Below, piece after piece: positions 41,701 to 52,890 of a stretch of DNA of 64,000 nt. The translations under genes and the position numbers were made by a program. Location of the stretch: positions 434,001 to 498,000 of the forward strand of contig OZ025671.1 in assembly GCA_964019335.1 (NCBI GenBank), written 5' to 3'. The notes below the pieces were generated by a model. That model saw only the letters and a program-made list of their open reading frames with translations. It was not told the DNA's origin and ran no database searches. The stretch is from Diplonema japonicum (lineage: Eukaryota; Protista; Euglenozoa: Diplonemea). Numbering within the stretch: the first letter of the stretch is position 1; every line of letters starts with the position of its first letter.

Positions 41701-42262
41701 CAGCTACAATGAAATCGTAATGCCATGACGTTGTTGAGATGCTGGGGAAGGTGTAGTGCCCGCTTCCATTATGCTGCATGCAGATGTCATCTGGTGTACC
41801 ATCTATGGAACAGGTACCGCAAGATGTTGTGCAGTGCCATCGGTAGTTTTCACCGTGGAGCGTGAAGTAGATGAAGAGAAAGATGATGAGATACACGCAA
41901 AGAATGATGACCCAGTCGAGTGGGCGGTCTGCTTTCGTGCCTCTGTTGTTGTGGCGGCCTGAGCCGCTTCCGTTGAGCACTTCTAGAAGTATACGGGGGA
42001 CTGGAGTGCTCTTGCACCATTGCCGTAGGAAGTTTGTTTCTTCTGTGTCGTTCCAGACACCGGAAGCATGGGTTACCTTTTCTCCGCTTCGCCACGAGCC
42101 CTTCGGTTTGAACACGGCAGACAGTGGTTCGCAGAGCCTGGTGCCGTCTCTTAGCCTGTTGCAGTTGCTTTCTTCTTCCGATCCCTCGGTGTCGTCCACC
42201 TCCTCCATCACGATGGGCTCCAGCATTAGCTTGCATTGCTTCTTATCACATTCTTCTTCCAT
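35766..42262 (-). CDS. Giant multi-pass membrane class-3 lipase with inserted NADAR (YbiA-like) domains; 3 exons, ~2,130 aa
   Basis: Introns 37499-37553 and 36319-36361 join three listed ORFs in frame (ESRN-DHMSC; LLN-HPISRT). Lipase motifs are VSFRGT, VHAGF, TGHSLGG (GHSLGG at 38321-38338), FGSPRVG and DPVPMLP. NADAR motifs are WPSVAHY..KFRQ..LLDTG..DPYWG..GGNMIGSILMDVR. The start could be MEEEC (42262) or slightly upstream. Confidence 0.88.
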
Positions 42263-43012
42263 AGGCCTCCCTGTGCCCAACCTGAAGAAACCTTTTTTTT
42301 CGGTATAAAAAAAAAAAAATAACAACAATGGGAAGGTCATCTGTGCAAACAAGAGAAAAGAAAATGAGGTGGATATAACTTGGAAGGGTTTTTTTTTTTT
42401 TTTTTTTTTTTTTTCCCGTGGTAGGGAACAGAATAAAGAGAAAAAAAAAGAAGAAAACAGGAGTGGTTTCCTGTTCGGTGAAAAGAGGGGAGAGAGAGAG
42501 AGATATTAGAAAACTAAGGAAAGAAAAAGATCTGAAAACACGTCCCCCCCCCCCCCCCCCCCCCCTCCTTCCTCCCTCTTGTACCCTCATATTTTATTAT
42601 AAAAAAAAATCTATCTATAGCATGCGGAGGACCACTGTTTAGTATCACCCTCTCCCCTTCCCTACCTTTTTTTTTTTTTTTTTTTTTTTTTAACCCTTAA
42701 AAGACCAGAGAAAGAACCATCACAAAAAAATGGAAAATACCTTTTCTTTCACAAAAATGGAATCTTTATTTTAATTCTTCAAGTTCAATCGGGAAATACC
42801 GATCCCTGTACAAGGGTGTAAAGTTGCAAAAGAAAAAAAAAAAGCCCAACTCAAAAAAAAAAGAAGATTTTTTTTTTTTTGAAAAAAAGCTGATAAATCA
42901 TCTCTCGTTTTAAGGGGTTAAATTCTATCAACAAATAAAAAAAAAAATACAACAAGAAGAAAAAAAAACCCCCCCCCACCCCTCTCCCCCCCCTTTTTTT
43001 TTATAACACGAC

Positions 43013-44297
43013 CTTTCTGCCACCATTCGCAACTCCACCCCGTGGCTTAACGGCCGCAGGTGCTGCAGTTTTGGTGAGCGGCGATTTGATGCTACTATCT
43101 GCATTTTTTTTTTTTTTTTTTTTTTTATTTAATCATACTCAATGAAGACCTCGATCCATTAAGAGAAGAAGACGAAATGGTATGGGACCCAGTAGAAACC
43201 CGCCTTCTTAGAGGCAAAGGCGAACGGGATTTAATGTCCCTGCTCCTGGTGGGCGTTGCAACCACAGGGTCTGCCTCAACCCCGATACTATTCCGGATCA
43301 ACGGGGAAGTACTGGACTTCCTCATATGGTACTGTGTAGTGGAATCAGAACTATTCTGAGATGCTGTTTTGTGAAGGTTTTGCAACCGACGAGCCTGGGC
43401 AGCGATTAGCTCCTGCGAGGCCTTTAGGTCAGCCCGGAGCTTTTCCGTCTCATTAGGATCGATAGGAGGTGCTTGTGTTCGTTTTTTTTGGACAATAACG
43501 TCTTCCAGCTCAGTTATTCTGGATTTATAATTGGTTTCGTTTTCCTTCATGGAGCGGAGGGCCTCGATGGCCTCGCGGAGTACTCTTGTCCCGTCTCGCA
43601 TTGTTTTCTTCTCGCGTTTTTCGATTTTCAATTCTTTTAAAAACGGGAATTCTGCTAACGTTGCATCGTCCACACCACTGCTTACCTGCCATGGTTCTTG
43701 AAACTCGCTTTGTTCGGTTTCACAGGTTAAAAGGTACGCGAGATTGCGGTCCTCGCCGTGCTCCGCATTTTGCACTTCGTCCTCCGTGAGGAAGTTGGAG
43801 ATGAAAAACCGAACCGCCGATCTGATGTTTTTGGTTTTCATCGCAAGCGTCCCTAGCTCGTTGGAGAACGGTGCGTTGTATTCACACTGCCCTGCACAGC
43901 CTTCCGCGAAGTTATATGTTGTTTCGCTTGCCCGCATGATGTTGAAGAGGGCCTTGATGATGTCCTGTCTGTGCGGTTGGTAGGAAGCATCTGTTTGCTG
44001 TTCTTGCATTTGTGAGATGACCTTTGTGAGCGAGCGTATCCGGTGTTGCAGGATGGGGACCTCTGATGAGTCGTCGTCCGTGACGCCGTTGTGGATTGCG
44101 TTCTCCATTTTCTTCTCCATCTTCTTGTAGTTTTCTATAGCGGTGTCTTTCTCCTTCATTTCCTGGATGAGCTCCTCTGCCTCCTTCTCCATCTCGCCCC
44201 GCTCTTCGAGCAGAAGGTCGATTTTCTTGAGGAGCATTTTCTCCTTGTCCGGGTCTATACCGCTTGACCATCCTAGTTCGGGTGAGCCGTTTTGCAT
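43013..44297 (-). CDS. Coiled-coil protein of unknown function; probable 3' intron, exact end uncertain
   Basis: The ORF track stops at 43125 inside a GTATG...A-run...GCAG segment (43099-43138). Removing it gives NSSIKSPLTKTAAPAAVKPRVELRMVAE. Confidence 0.8.
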
Positions 44298-45352
44298 TTT
44301 TTTTGTTTGTTGTTATTTTTTTTTATTATTCCCTCCTCCTTCCCCTCGCTCGCCTTTCTTTATAGATTTTTTTTTTGAATCTGCGGGGAAAACAAACAAG
44401 AAGAAAAAACCCGGGAAAGAAAAGAAAGAAGAAAAAAAAACAAGAAGGGTGTGGGAGGGGGGGGGGGGGGGGGGGGGGGGTGAGGAGGTGAGAGTAGGCC
44501 TCTTGCAAATGAATCGAACCAGTGAGAGGAGAGTGTGTGTGAGCAACAAGGAAGAGGGGGGGGAGATCGAGAGATCGAGAGAGAGAGAGAGGGGAATAAA
44601 GGTGCCGCTTGTCCCCTTCCATTTTTTTTTTTTTTTCCCTTCCAGTTTTCTTTCTTCTTTTTTTTTCCCTTCATGTTGCTTTGGTTCCCTGTAAAAAGAG
44701 CAACTGAAAGTAAACTACGTTTTCGGTATTTTTTTTTCTCGTTTGCTTTTTTTTTTTTTTTTTTTTTTCCAGTTGATCTCATGCCGACCTCCTTATAGGT
44801 GTCCCTCCCCTCCCTTACTAGTATGTTTTCTTTTGAGTTTCTCCCCATCTTCTTTGAGCCCACACACCGGGGAAGAAAAAAAGAAAGAAGAAAAAGAAAA
44901 ACAAGAAAGAAGAAATGCAAGCTTGATTGACAAGAAAAAGGAACACAAAAGTGATGAATAAAAGAGTTTCTCTTTCCTACTGCTAGCCCCCCCCCCCCCC
45001 CCCCCCCATCAAGTACGCAATGAAAAATAGAAGAGCAAAAGGTAACCACTTTCAAAAAGAAAATCACGTAACGAACGAAATAAGAGAAGAAAAAAAAAAC
45101 CAGACACAAAAAAAAGGGAAATGGGCACACGGAAAAAAAAAGAAAAAGAAAAGAAGAATAAAAATAGGTGGGAGGGGGGTGGGCTCCTTTATCTAAAAAA
45201 TAAACCCCCACCTGTTTTTTTTTTTTCCCCCCCTTTCTTCTTCTTTATATTTTTTTAAACCCCCTCTTTCTTTTTTTGTACGAGTATGACGAAATAAAAA
45301 AAAAAAAAAAAAAAAGCACACACATTCCACGTAGGAGCCAAGTTACCACGTC

Positions 45353-45387
<35 letters not shown>

Positions 45388-45501
45388 CCCGCACCCAAAA
45401 GGGGTGTGGCTGGACGAACGCCAGATGTCTACAAGGTGTTTTTGTTGCACCGAAAATTACCTTTGTTCGGGCTAACCCACCATGGCTGAAATCTTTTTTA
45501 C

Positions 45502-47135
45502 TCACCCAAAGACGGAGTAGAACGCACCAATGAGGCAGAGGATTTGGATGACGATACCAAAGCTGAACATCAAGATGCCTGGAAGCATGGAAGAGTTTCG
45601 AAGTTGCTCCCTGCTAGTGATCTGTCCGCCAAGGCCGTCCTCAACCCCGCCTTCTAGTAAATCATCATCTTCACCGTCATCTCCCTGTTCACGGGCCATC
45701 TTTATGGCTTTGTAGTTCAGCGAGCCAGGGAGGATGAAACAAAGCCCAGGCGCAGCAAACGCTCCACCAAATGCAATGACAACCGTGAGCTGATCAGTGA
45801 CCAAGGCAACGGTGGCAACTGGTGCGATGAGCACCAAAGTTAAAACAACATGAACAGTATTCGACAGTTCCGAGCACTTTTGTAAAATTTGTATTTGTTT
45901 TTTTTTTTTTTTTTCTTTTTAAACATACCTCGTCCTCACCATACAAAATAGTGCTGACCGAGTACCTCATTGAGAACAACACCAACGGGAATGCAAACAT
46001 CATCACACACGTCTTTTTTTTTTTTTTTTTATTGTACATTTTCTTCATCCCCCTCTCTTCATACCATTCCCAAATACACCAAAGTGATCTGTGGGTCGCC
46101 AGGATCATAGCAAGTCAGGATCGAAGAGGGCTTAGGACACAAGTCCCTCCAGATGACGTACCCTGAACCGGCCGCAAGGATGTACGTGATGCAAGCGATG
46201 ATCATAGAGATGAGAGCAGAGGTGCGGACCTTCTTCACGGCCGGCATCTCAGCGTCTGCGACACGAACCTCGCGGTAGATGGGGAAAACGGTCATCTGAC
46301 AGCAGAACGAGCAGGCGATGATGGAGATGGCCTCGAAGAACTCGGAAGCGTGCTGTCCGAAGAGGTGGATGTCCTCCTGAGGAGAGTACGGGGTGTCGTT
46401 GTTCTGTTTCATCTCATGGCAGACCCTGTCGCCGAGGTGCGTGTCGTCGTTTTGAAACATGTACACGACAGACACGATCACGAAGTAAAACACGAAGAAC
46501 ACGCCGAGCAACGACGTGAACCACAGCCCGTCGATCCTCTTCAGCAACGACAGCGGGATGATGACCAAGAACAGTGCAATTAAAAGACACATATCAGACG
46601 AGCCACCATGGTCTTCAAACGACGAGAAAGAGCTGTCCGACATGAATTGCTTCAGCATGTCATGTATGAAGCCCTTCAACGGGACCAGGAAACACGTCAG
46701 AGCAACAAGAGACACAATGATCATCAAGACCTGAACCGCGCCCTTCCCCCATTTCCCGTAGCAGTTGTACCCAAGAGACTCGAATGATTGGGACCTGGTC
46801 AGGACTAGTCCCGTTAGAAGAAGGTCCATTGAAATGTACGCAAGAACGGCAGCGATGACAAACATCACTCCGCCGCCGACAACTCCTGCAAACTGGAAGG
46901 TTGCCGCTAGAGACAAGATACCCACGCCCATCGTTGTTTGCAGCAAGTTGAATACAATGCTCATAACATGAATCGGCTTGTCAGGTGTTGCCTTTTTCGT
47001 GGGCTCTATCAAAGTGCTGATCTCATCCTCCAAAACCGAAAGCCCCCTCCTTAACCGCCGCCCTGTGCTCTCCGTCGCCACGGAGCTCCCCGCAGACGAC
47101 TCCGTTGACACGTTCACATTCTTCGTGTTTTGCAT
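45502..47135 (-). CDS. Amino acid/auxin permease (AAAP/SLC38-like) transporter; at least 3 exons
   Basis: Motifs FNLLQTTMGVGILSL, SFCCQMTVFPIY and GLCFILPG. Introns 46013-46064 and 45877-45928 (52 nt each) restore LGM-TCVMMFAFPL and EDE-CSELSNTVHVVLT. Confidence 0.92.
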
Positions 47136-47484
47136 TTTTTTTTTTCTTGTTTCCCCTCCTCCCCCCTCCCCCTTCTTTTATTTGTTCTTTCTTCTTCTGG
47201 GTATATTTCTAAAATGAATGAAATAAAAATATGGGGGATGGGGGGGACGAGTTTTTTAAAAAAAAGGGGGGTAAATAAAAACAAAGGCAACATGGATTTA
47301 AAAAAAAAAAAATAACGGGACGTGTGGGTAGTGGGCTTTTTTTTTTTTTTCTTTCTTTTTTTTTTTTTTACAGACAAATAAAAACAAAGAAACAAGGGAA
47401 AAAATGGCTAAAAGGGTTACACGGGGGGGAGGGGAGAATCTATGAACGAAGAAAAAAAAGGGGGGAGTAGTTTCTATGCCGTAC

Positions 47485-49089
47485 TCACCGTCTTGCCCCT
47501 CCACGGGGGGTGGCGCGTGTACTGTGGAAGGCCGTTGCCTCCATGCGAAGTCTAGATTCCATTTCTTCCAAGGACTCACGCTGCTCGCGGAGCTTCACCT
47601 CTTGTTCCAGCAGAGGTCTCTCTTGTTCCTCCACTTGCTTCCTGCGTTGTATCGCTGCTTGTCTCTCCGCTTCGATTGCCAGCATCTTCTTCTCTTGCTC
47701 TTCGATGATGCGCTGAGCTTCAAGGTGGTTCATGTGCGCTGCTTGCTCCTGTTCTCTTGCCGAGTGCAGTGCTCTTTCGTCTTCATCTCTTTTCTGCTTC
47801 TCAATATCAATCTCGCACAGCGCTTCCTGCACTCTATGCTGCAGCTCCCGCTCATGTTGCGTCTTCAGCTGCAGCTCCACCTCACATTGTTTTAGTCTCT
47901 CCGCCGCCAAATCCGTCTGCCTCTTCTCCTCCATCAGAGCAAGGTTGGCTTGCTGTTCTCGGTCCCTAGCAGCCTGCAGGTCTGCTGATGCTTCTGCCTC
48001 CAACCTCCTCGCTCTCTCTGTCTCCCTTTGTGCCTCTAATACCGCATTCGCAGCTTGTCTTTCTTTATCCTGTGATTTCGCCTGCTCCGCTTCCTGCCAT
48101 GCAAGGTCCTGGTGTGCTTTGTCCGCTTCTCTTTGTGCCTCGCCGTGTGCTGTGATCCTCTGCCGTTCCCTCTCCTTCGCGATCTCAAGGTCCTGTAGTT
48201 TTTGCGACCTCTCCCGCATGGTGTTCTCCAGCTCCCTCTGTATAGCCAGCAGCCTCTCCTTCGCCTGTCTCTCTGTCTCGATTGCATCTGACAGCGCCGA
48301 TTCTGCAGTCGCAAGCCGTTTCTCCTGCAGCGTGGTGGCTTGCTGCGACTCCACGTGCGTCATGTGTGCACGATTTTCTTCGTCTTTAGTAGCTTGTAGT
48401 GCATCTGAGGCAGCTTTGATATTCTGCTTCTGACGGAAGTCCTCCCAGTAGTCACGGATGCGGAAGTAGAGGGAGTCAAGGAGTGTGGGGTACATTTCGG
48501 CGAAAAGTTGGAACTCAGGGAAGGACAGCACGCCGTCGTGGTTGCTGTCTGTCTTGCTGAAGAGGTCGGTTACGGTTGCCGCTGAAAAGTCGAAGCTGTG
48601 CACCCTGAAGGCACGGCGGAACTCCTCCGGTTCGATGACTCTGTTGTTGTTGATATCCAGCTCGTCGAAGACAGCGTGCACCTTCTCGTCATGCGTCGCG
48701 TTGTCCGACAGCACCACAGCACTTGCGGGCACCGCTGCCTCTGCTGAAAGCTGCGGCGACGGTTGCCGTGCTATTTGCGCATGCGACAGACGCTTGGGTT
48801 TCCTTGGTGCGGGAATCGGTTTCTGCACCTCCACAGAGCCTCTGTTGAACGCATACACCTGCAAGAAGTCCCTCAAGTGCGCCGATGACACCAAGTCCAC
48901 CCATTTCGAAATGCCTTCGTCGTAGAACTGCATTCTGCTAATCGAAAAATGGTGCCCCGGGTACTCCTCCATGTACGAGTTGGTAATGACAGCCTCCGTC
49001 TCCGTCAGCGTAGGGTGGCTGGGGAAGACCAGTTCCAGGTTCTGCTTGTCCCCCGCCACATCTGCGGCGACCAGCAAAGTGAAAACCAT
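47485..49089 (-). CDS. BILBO1-family cytoskeletal protein (ubiquitin-like N-domain, two EF-hands, long coiled coil)
   Basis: MVFTLLVAADVAGDKQNLELVFPSHPTL...QFYDEGISKWVDL...LRDFLQVYAF closely parallels the T. brucei BILBO1 N-terminal domain. EF-hands DINNNRVIEPEE and DSNHDGVLSFPE, then FAEMYPTLLDSLY and a coiled coil. Orthologue versus paralogue cannot be resolved. Confidence 0.88.
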   Translation of the reverse strand: MVFTLLVAADVAGDKQNLELVFPSHPTLTETEAVITNSYMEEYPGHHFSISRMQFYDEGISKWVDLVSSAHLRDFLQVYAFNRGSVEVQKPIPAPRKPKRLSHAQIARQPSPQLSAEAAVPASAVVLSDNATHDEKVHAVFDELDINNNRVIEPEEFRRAFRVHSFDFSAATVTDLFSKTDSNHDGVLSFPEFQLFAEMYPTLLDSLYFRIRDYWEDFRQKQNIKAASDALQATKDEENRAHMTHVESQQATTLQEKRLATAESALSDAIETERQAKERLLAIQRELENTMRERSQKLQDLEIAKERERQRITAHGEAQREADKAHQDLAWQEAEQAKSQDKERQAANAVLEAQRETERARRLEAEASADLQAARDREQQANLALMEEKRQTDLAAERLKQCEVELQLKTQHERELQHRVQEALCEIDIEKQKRDEDERALHSAREQEQAAHMNHLEAQRIIEEQEKKMLAIEAERQAAIQRRKQVEEQERPLLEQEVKLREQRESLEEMESRLRMEATAFHSTRATPRGGARR

Positions 49090-49145
49090 CACAAAACCCT
49101 CCCACCTGTGGTATGATAGCAAAGCACATCCAATATCTCAAAAAA

Positions 49146-51620
49146 CTAGTCTCTATTAGATAGGCTGCTCTTGAAGCTAGAGAGCAGAGCTTCACAGTGC
49201 TTGACGTACTTTATATGGCTGTTATTGAGACCACGGGTGTCGAGCTTGCTGGACTGTGTGGGTGGGTTAATATGTTGTGTTTCAAGACATACGTCGATGG
49301 CATTTGACAGTTCGGTTACCGCTCGTTGCACAGTGGTGTCGCATTCCTGCTGCACAGCAGCACCTGCAGAGGCTTCTTGGCGGAAGATCCTGGACACGAC
49401 GGTACGCATCTCTTCTGCACATTTAGAAGTCAAATTGAGCATAGTGTCAAGACAAGTCCCTTCCTTGGGCATATGCAGGTACATGTTGGCGTGGTATTCG
49501 TAGACCATCTTCCTACACGCGACGGCCATCTCAACGGCAAAGGTGAGTACGTTGTGCAATGCTTGGATGAACTGCCTGCCTTGCAGCTGCATGTCAGCAT
49601 CCATTTTCGCCTTCTCCCTTTCCAGCTTGATCTCGTACCTTGTAACCAGGCCTGAGATCAGCTGTTGAAGGGCTTCTATTGCGGGGGATGAAGAGTAGAC
49701 TGACTGCAGATAATCGACCAACCACACAACCTTCGCGATCTGCTGCTCCTGCATCAATGCTGAGCAGTACAGTCGTATAGTCGCAGCGCACTGCACGCTG
49801 TCTATCACGCAGCACTCTGCCACGATTTTCTCTGCACCGTTTTCGACTGTCAGCAACCCAGTGATCGCCCTCAGTTGCTCCAGTTCCTCTATTAGAATGT
49901 TCAGTGCCCTGTCCCCATCCGTCAGCATCTCTCCCGTCAGGAACAGCGCTAGTTCTTTCATGTCTTCCTCGTCCATATCCACAGATTTGTATGTCTTTAG
50001 ATAAAAGTCGCACCCCACCACCCAAGCATGCCGTGCTAGGGCCTTCACCACTGTGGTGTACACTGCAGGCTGCAATGCAATGAGCACGTCTTCGGTGTCC
50101 ATCTCGTGAACCTTAATCACGATCTCTTCCCATTTTTTTTCGTTCGCATAGTGCGCAAACGTCAGGTTCAGCTCCAGGTTGCTGAGCATCATGGACGGTC
50201 GGTAAGGGTACAGCGGAGGCAGTTTTCTGCAGCACCCCAGCACATCCTTTTTGAAAGCGGCCACCAGCGCCGCGTGGCTCGACATGCTTGCAGGTTCCTC
50301 TGGCTCGTGCTTGTGCAGCAGCGACGCTAGCATCATCGCTTCCTCTGTTTCATTCCTGTCCATGTAAGAGGCGATGGAGGCACGTATCTTCTGCTCTGCT
50401 TCCTTCAAGTGTCGCAGATACGCAAGACGGTCGCACGCCTCTGCTTCCTGCGAGATGTCTCGGAGCTTGTGGTCGCCCAGCGTATCGATGAAGATAGGCG
50501 ACAGTGCCAACGTCGTCACCTCGCCCGATGAGCTCGCCATCACGCTGCACGACATCCTCGCCTCATTGCTGGCCACGAATGCCATCCCCACAGAGGGCGC
50601 TTTGTTGCGTGCTGTTGCAACACCATACTCAGGAGGGTGCCGTAGGCTGTACACCCGCATGGTGCCGTCGACACCGCTGGACGCAAGGAGCTCTGCATGC
50701 AAGGGGTCCCAAAAAAGTCCTGTGAGGATTGCTTGGTAGTGGTTGAAGGACAACAGGGGGCCCACCGACCCAGTGGCGCGCATGTCCCATATCTTGATGG
50801 ACCCCCCATCGGTTCCCGTCATGAGCCAGTGCTCGACTAGAGGCGACATGGCAATGCACCGCACGGCGTTAGTAGTTGCTGATGTCTTCCAGACGCTCTC
50901 CTTCTTACCGCGGACGTCGAGCACCTTAGCGCCAGACGTGGCACTGCCCAGTGCGATGACAGAGTCGCTGACAGGGGAGGTAGAGAGGCAGAGGACAGTC
51001 CCGGACGAGACGCGGATGGGTTGCGTGGTTTGCTTTTTGGCGGTCTCAGTCTCGATGTCCCATATGTGAAGGCGGGATGTCTCGGAACCTACCAAGGATC
51101 CTCCCGTTGCAGTGACCCCGAGGGATGTGATGCAACTGCTGTACGCCCAGTCCCCAGGGGCGACAGAAGCTGTTCGCGAGTCCTTCATTTTCGAGGCGGT
51201 GAAGACGTTCTTCGGTTTGGAGAAGTCGAAGTTTCGGACAACTTCAGACTCAGGGGCGAGGCTGGGCCACATGGCGACACGGCCTTCGCTTGACCCAACA
51301 AAAAGATGGTCTTTTGGGGTCCATAGCATGGCTGTGCTTTGGAAGGGCAGCCCGGCAGTCGTCACACGCGTGTGTGTCTTCAGGTTGGACTGTGCAAGAC
51401 TAATGAAGCCCAAGCTGTTTGCTGACCTCCCATTGGCGGTGCCAAGCACGCACATACCCCCTGAGGGATGCACTCCTACCTTTGCAGCACCCTCAACCCA
51501 GTCGGACCTTGGAAGGCTCCACTTTGGGATCGATTCCACACACTTCTCGCCCATCGCACTCAGCACCAACGATTGCCTCCAAGCATCGCTCAACACGCTT
51601 GGTCTTTCCTCCGAATTCAT
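49146..51620 (-). CDS. WD40-repeat protein with helical C-terminal half (824 aa)
   Basis: WD repeats LHIWD, LMTGTDGGSIKIWDMR and LASSGVDGTMRVYSL. Confidence 0.9.
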   Translation of the reverse strand: MNSEERPSVLSDAWRQSLVLSAMGEKCVESIPKWSLPRSDWVEGAAKVGVHPSGGMCVLGTANGRSANSLGFISLAQSNLKTHTRVTTAGLPFQSTAMLWTPKDHLFVGSSEGRVAMWPSLAPESEVVRNFDFSKPKNVFTASKMKDSRTASVAPGDWAYSSCITSLGVTATGGSLVGSETSRLHIWDIETETAKKQTTQPIRVSSGTVLCLSTSPVSDSVIALGSATSGAKVLDVRGKKESVWKTSATTNAVRCIAMSPLVEHWLMTGTDGGSIKIWDMRATGSVGPLLSFNHYQAILTGLFWDPLHAELLASSGVDGTMRVYSLRHPPEYGVATARNKAPSVGMAFVASNEARMSCSVMASSSGEVTTLALSPIFIDTLGDHKLRDISQEAEACDRLAYLRHLKEAEQKIRASIASYMDRNETEEAMMLASLLHKHEPEEPASMSSHAALVAAFKKDVLGCCRKLPPLYPYRPSMMLSNLELNLTFAHYANEKKWEEIVIKVHEMDTEDVLIALQPAVYTTVVKALARHAWVVGCDFYLKTYKSVDMDEEDMKELALFLTGEMLTDGDRALNILIEELEQLRAITGLLTVENGAEKIVAECCVIDSVQCAATIRLYCSALMQEQQIAKVVWLVDYLQSVYSSSPAIEALQQLISGLVTRYEIKLEREKAKMDADMQLQGRQFIQALHNVLTFAVEMAVACRKMVYEYHANMYLHMPKEGTCLDTMLNLTSKCAEEMRTVVSRIFRQEASAGAAVQQECDTTVQRAVTELSNAIDVCLETQHINPPTQSSKLDTRGLNNSHIKYVKHCEALLSSFKSSLSNRD

Positions 51621-52890
51621 ATTTTACAATCTCGTGTGCGTTCCCTTTTTTTTTTCCCATAGCTAACAAACACATGGGGGGGACAAAAAAATTGAAATAA
51701 AACGAGAAGAATAAGAAGCAGAAAAAGAAGGGGGAGGGGGAAAGGCTGGGGGCAGAGGGAGAGCTATCTCAAAAAAACACGGTGGGGGTGGGGGGTGGGG
51801 GGGGGAAGTTTCTCGTCTCATTTTAACACATGATTGTCTATGTATCCTTTGTTCTTTTTAATGCGCTCCTTCTTCTTCCTCCTCTCTTGCTTTTTTTTAA
51901 AATTATTTCTTCTTCCCCATTCATTTTTCCTTCCTCTTTTTTTTTGCAAAGTGTACCAGCTGATTTTACTATATCAGATTCTACAGTTTTCCCTCCCTTT
52001 TGGGGAGGGGGGGAAAAAAATGCGAAAAGCTCAAAAGACAAAAATACCACAGCGAACCGCCCTTTTTTTTTTTACGCCTCATAGCTCTAAAACGATTAAC
52101 TTCTTGCGACGGGTTATAGAGATGTGGGCCGTTAAACAAAGAGGGGAAAAAAAAAGTGCAGGAAAAAGAGAGAGAAAAAAAAAAAGAAAAAAAAAACAAA
52201 GAGGAAGAAGGGAATACATAGTTGTGTCAAGGAAAGGAATAATAGAAACTAGCTAAGACGAGCGACTGAATGTGCATATAGGAATGGATCGCAAGGATTT
52301 AAAAAAAAAAAAGATTTTTTTTTCGGTGTGTAAGAGACAGCATAATGTAGCTAAAACTGGGCTCTGACCAGCTAGAGTGTCTCTCGCCTAACCCCCCTTT
52401 TCTGGGGGTAAACTGACGGGACTCCGCAAAGCGAAAGCTGAGACACCCTTTTCCATGGCCTTGTGGGGGAAAGTATGGGAAAAATAGGACTTTTTTTTTG
52501 CTACCTTGCGGCATAAAAAAAAAATAATAAGGAAACCATGTTTTTTTTTTTTTCTTCTTTTTTTTTTTTCACCCTCCCCCTTTCTTTTTGCCCAACAGAA
52601 AAGGACAGTACCGTAACTTAACACATTTTGGGATGAACATATGTCGATTTTGTCTTTCTCTCCCGTCAGGGAAAGGGGAGAGAGAGAAGAAGGGGGGGGG
52701 GGGGGGGGGGGGGGGGACCCTTTCATCGGTATGTACAAAGTGAAAAGAAAGGGATCGCCTCATTTTTTTTTCCCCTTCTCTTTTCTTTTTCATTTTCTCC
52801 AGTGTGCCTTAAGCAATGACTACAGGGTGGCTGAATTCTCTCCCACTTAACAAAAAAACAAAGCTGTACAAATTTACTTCATTGCCCTCC

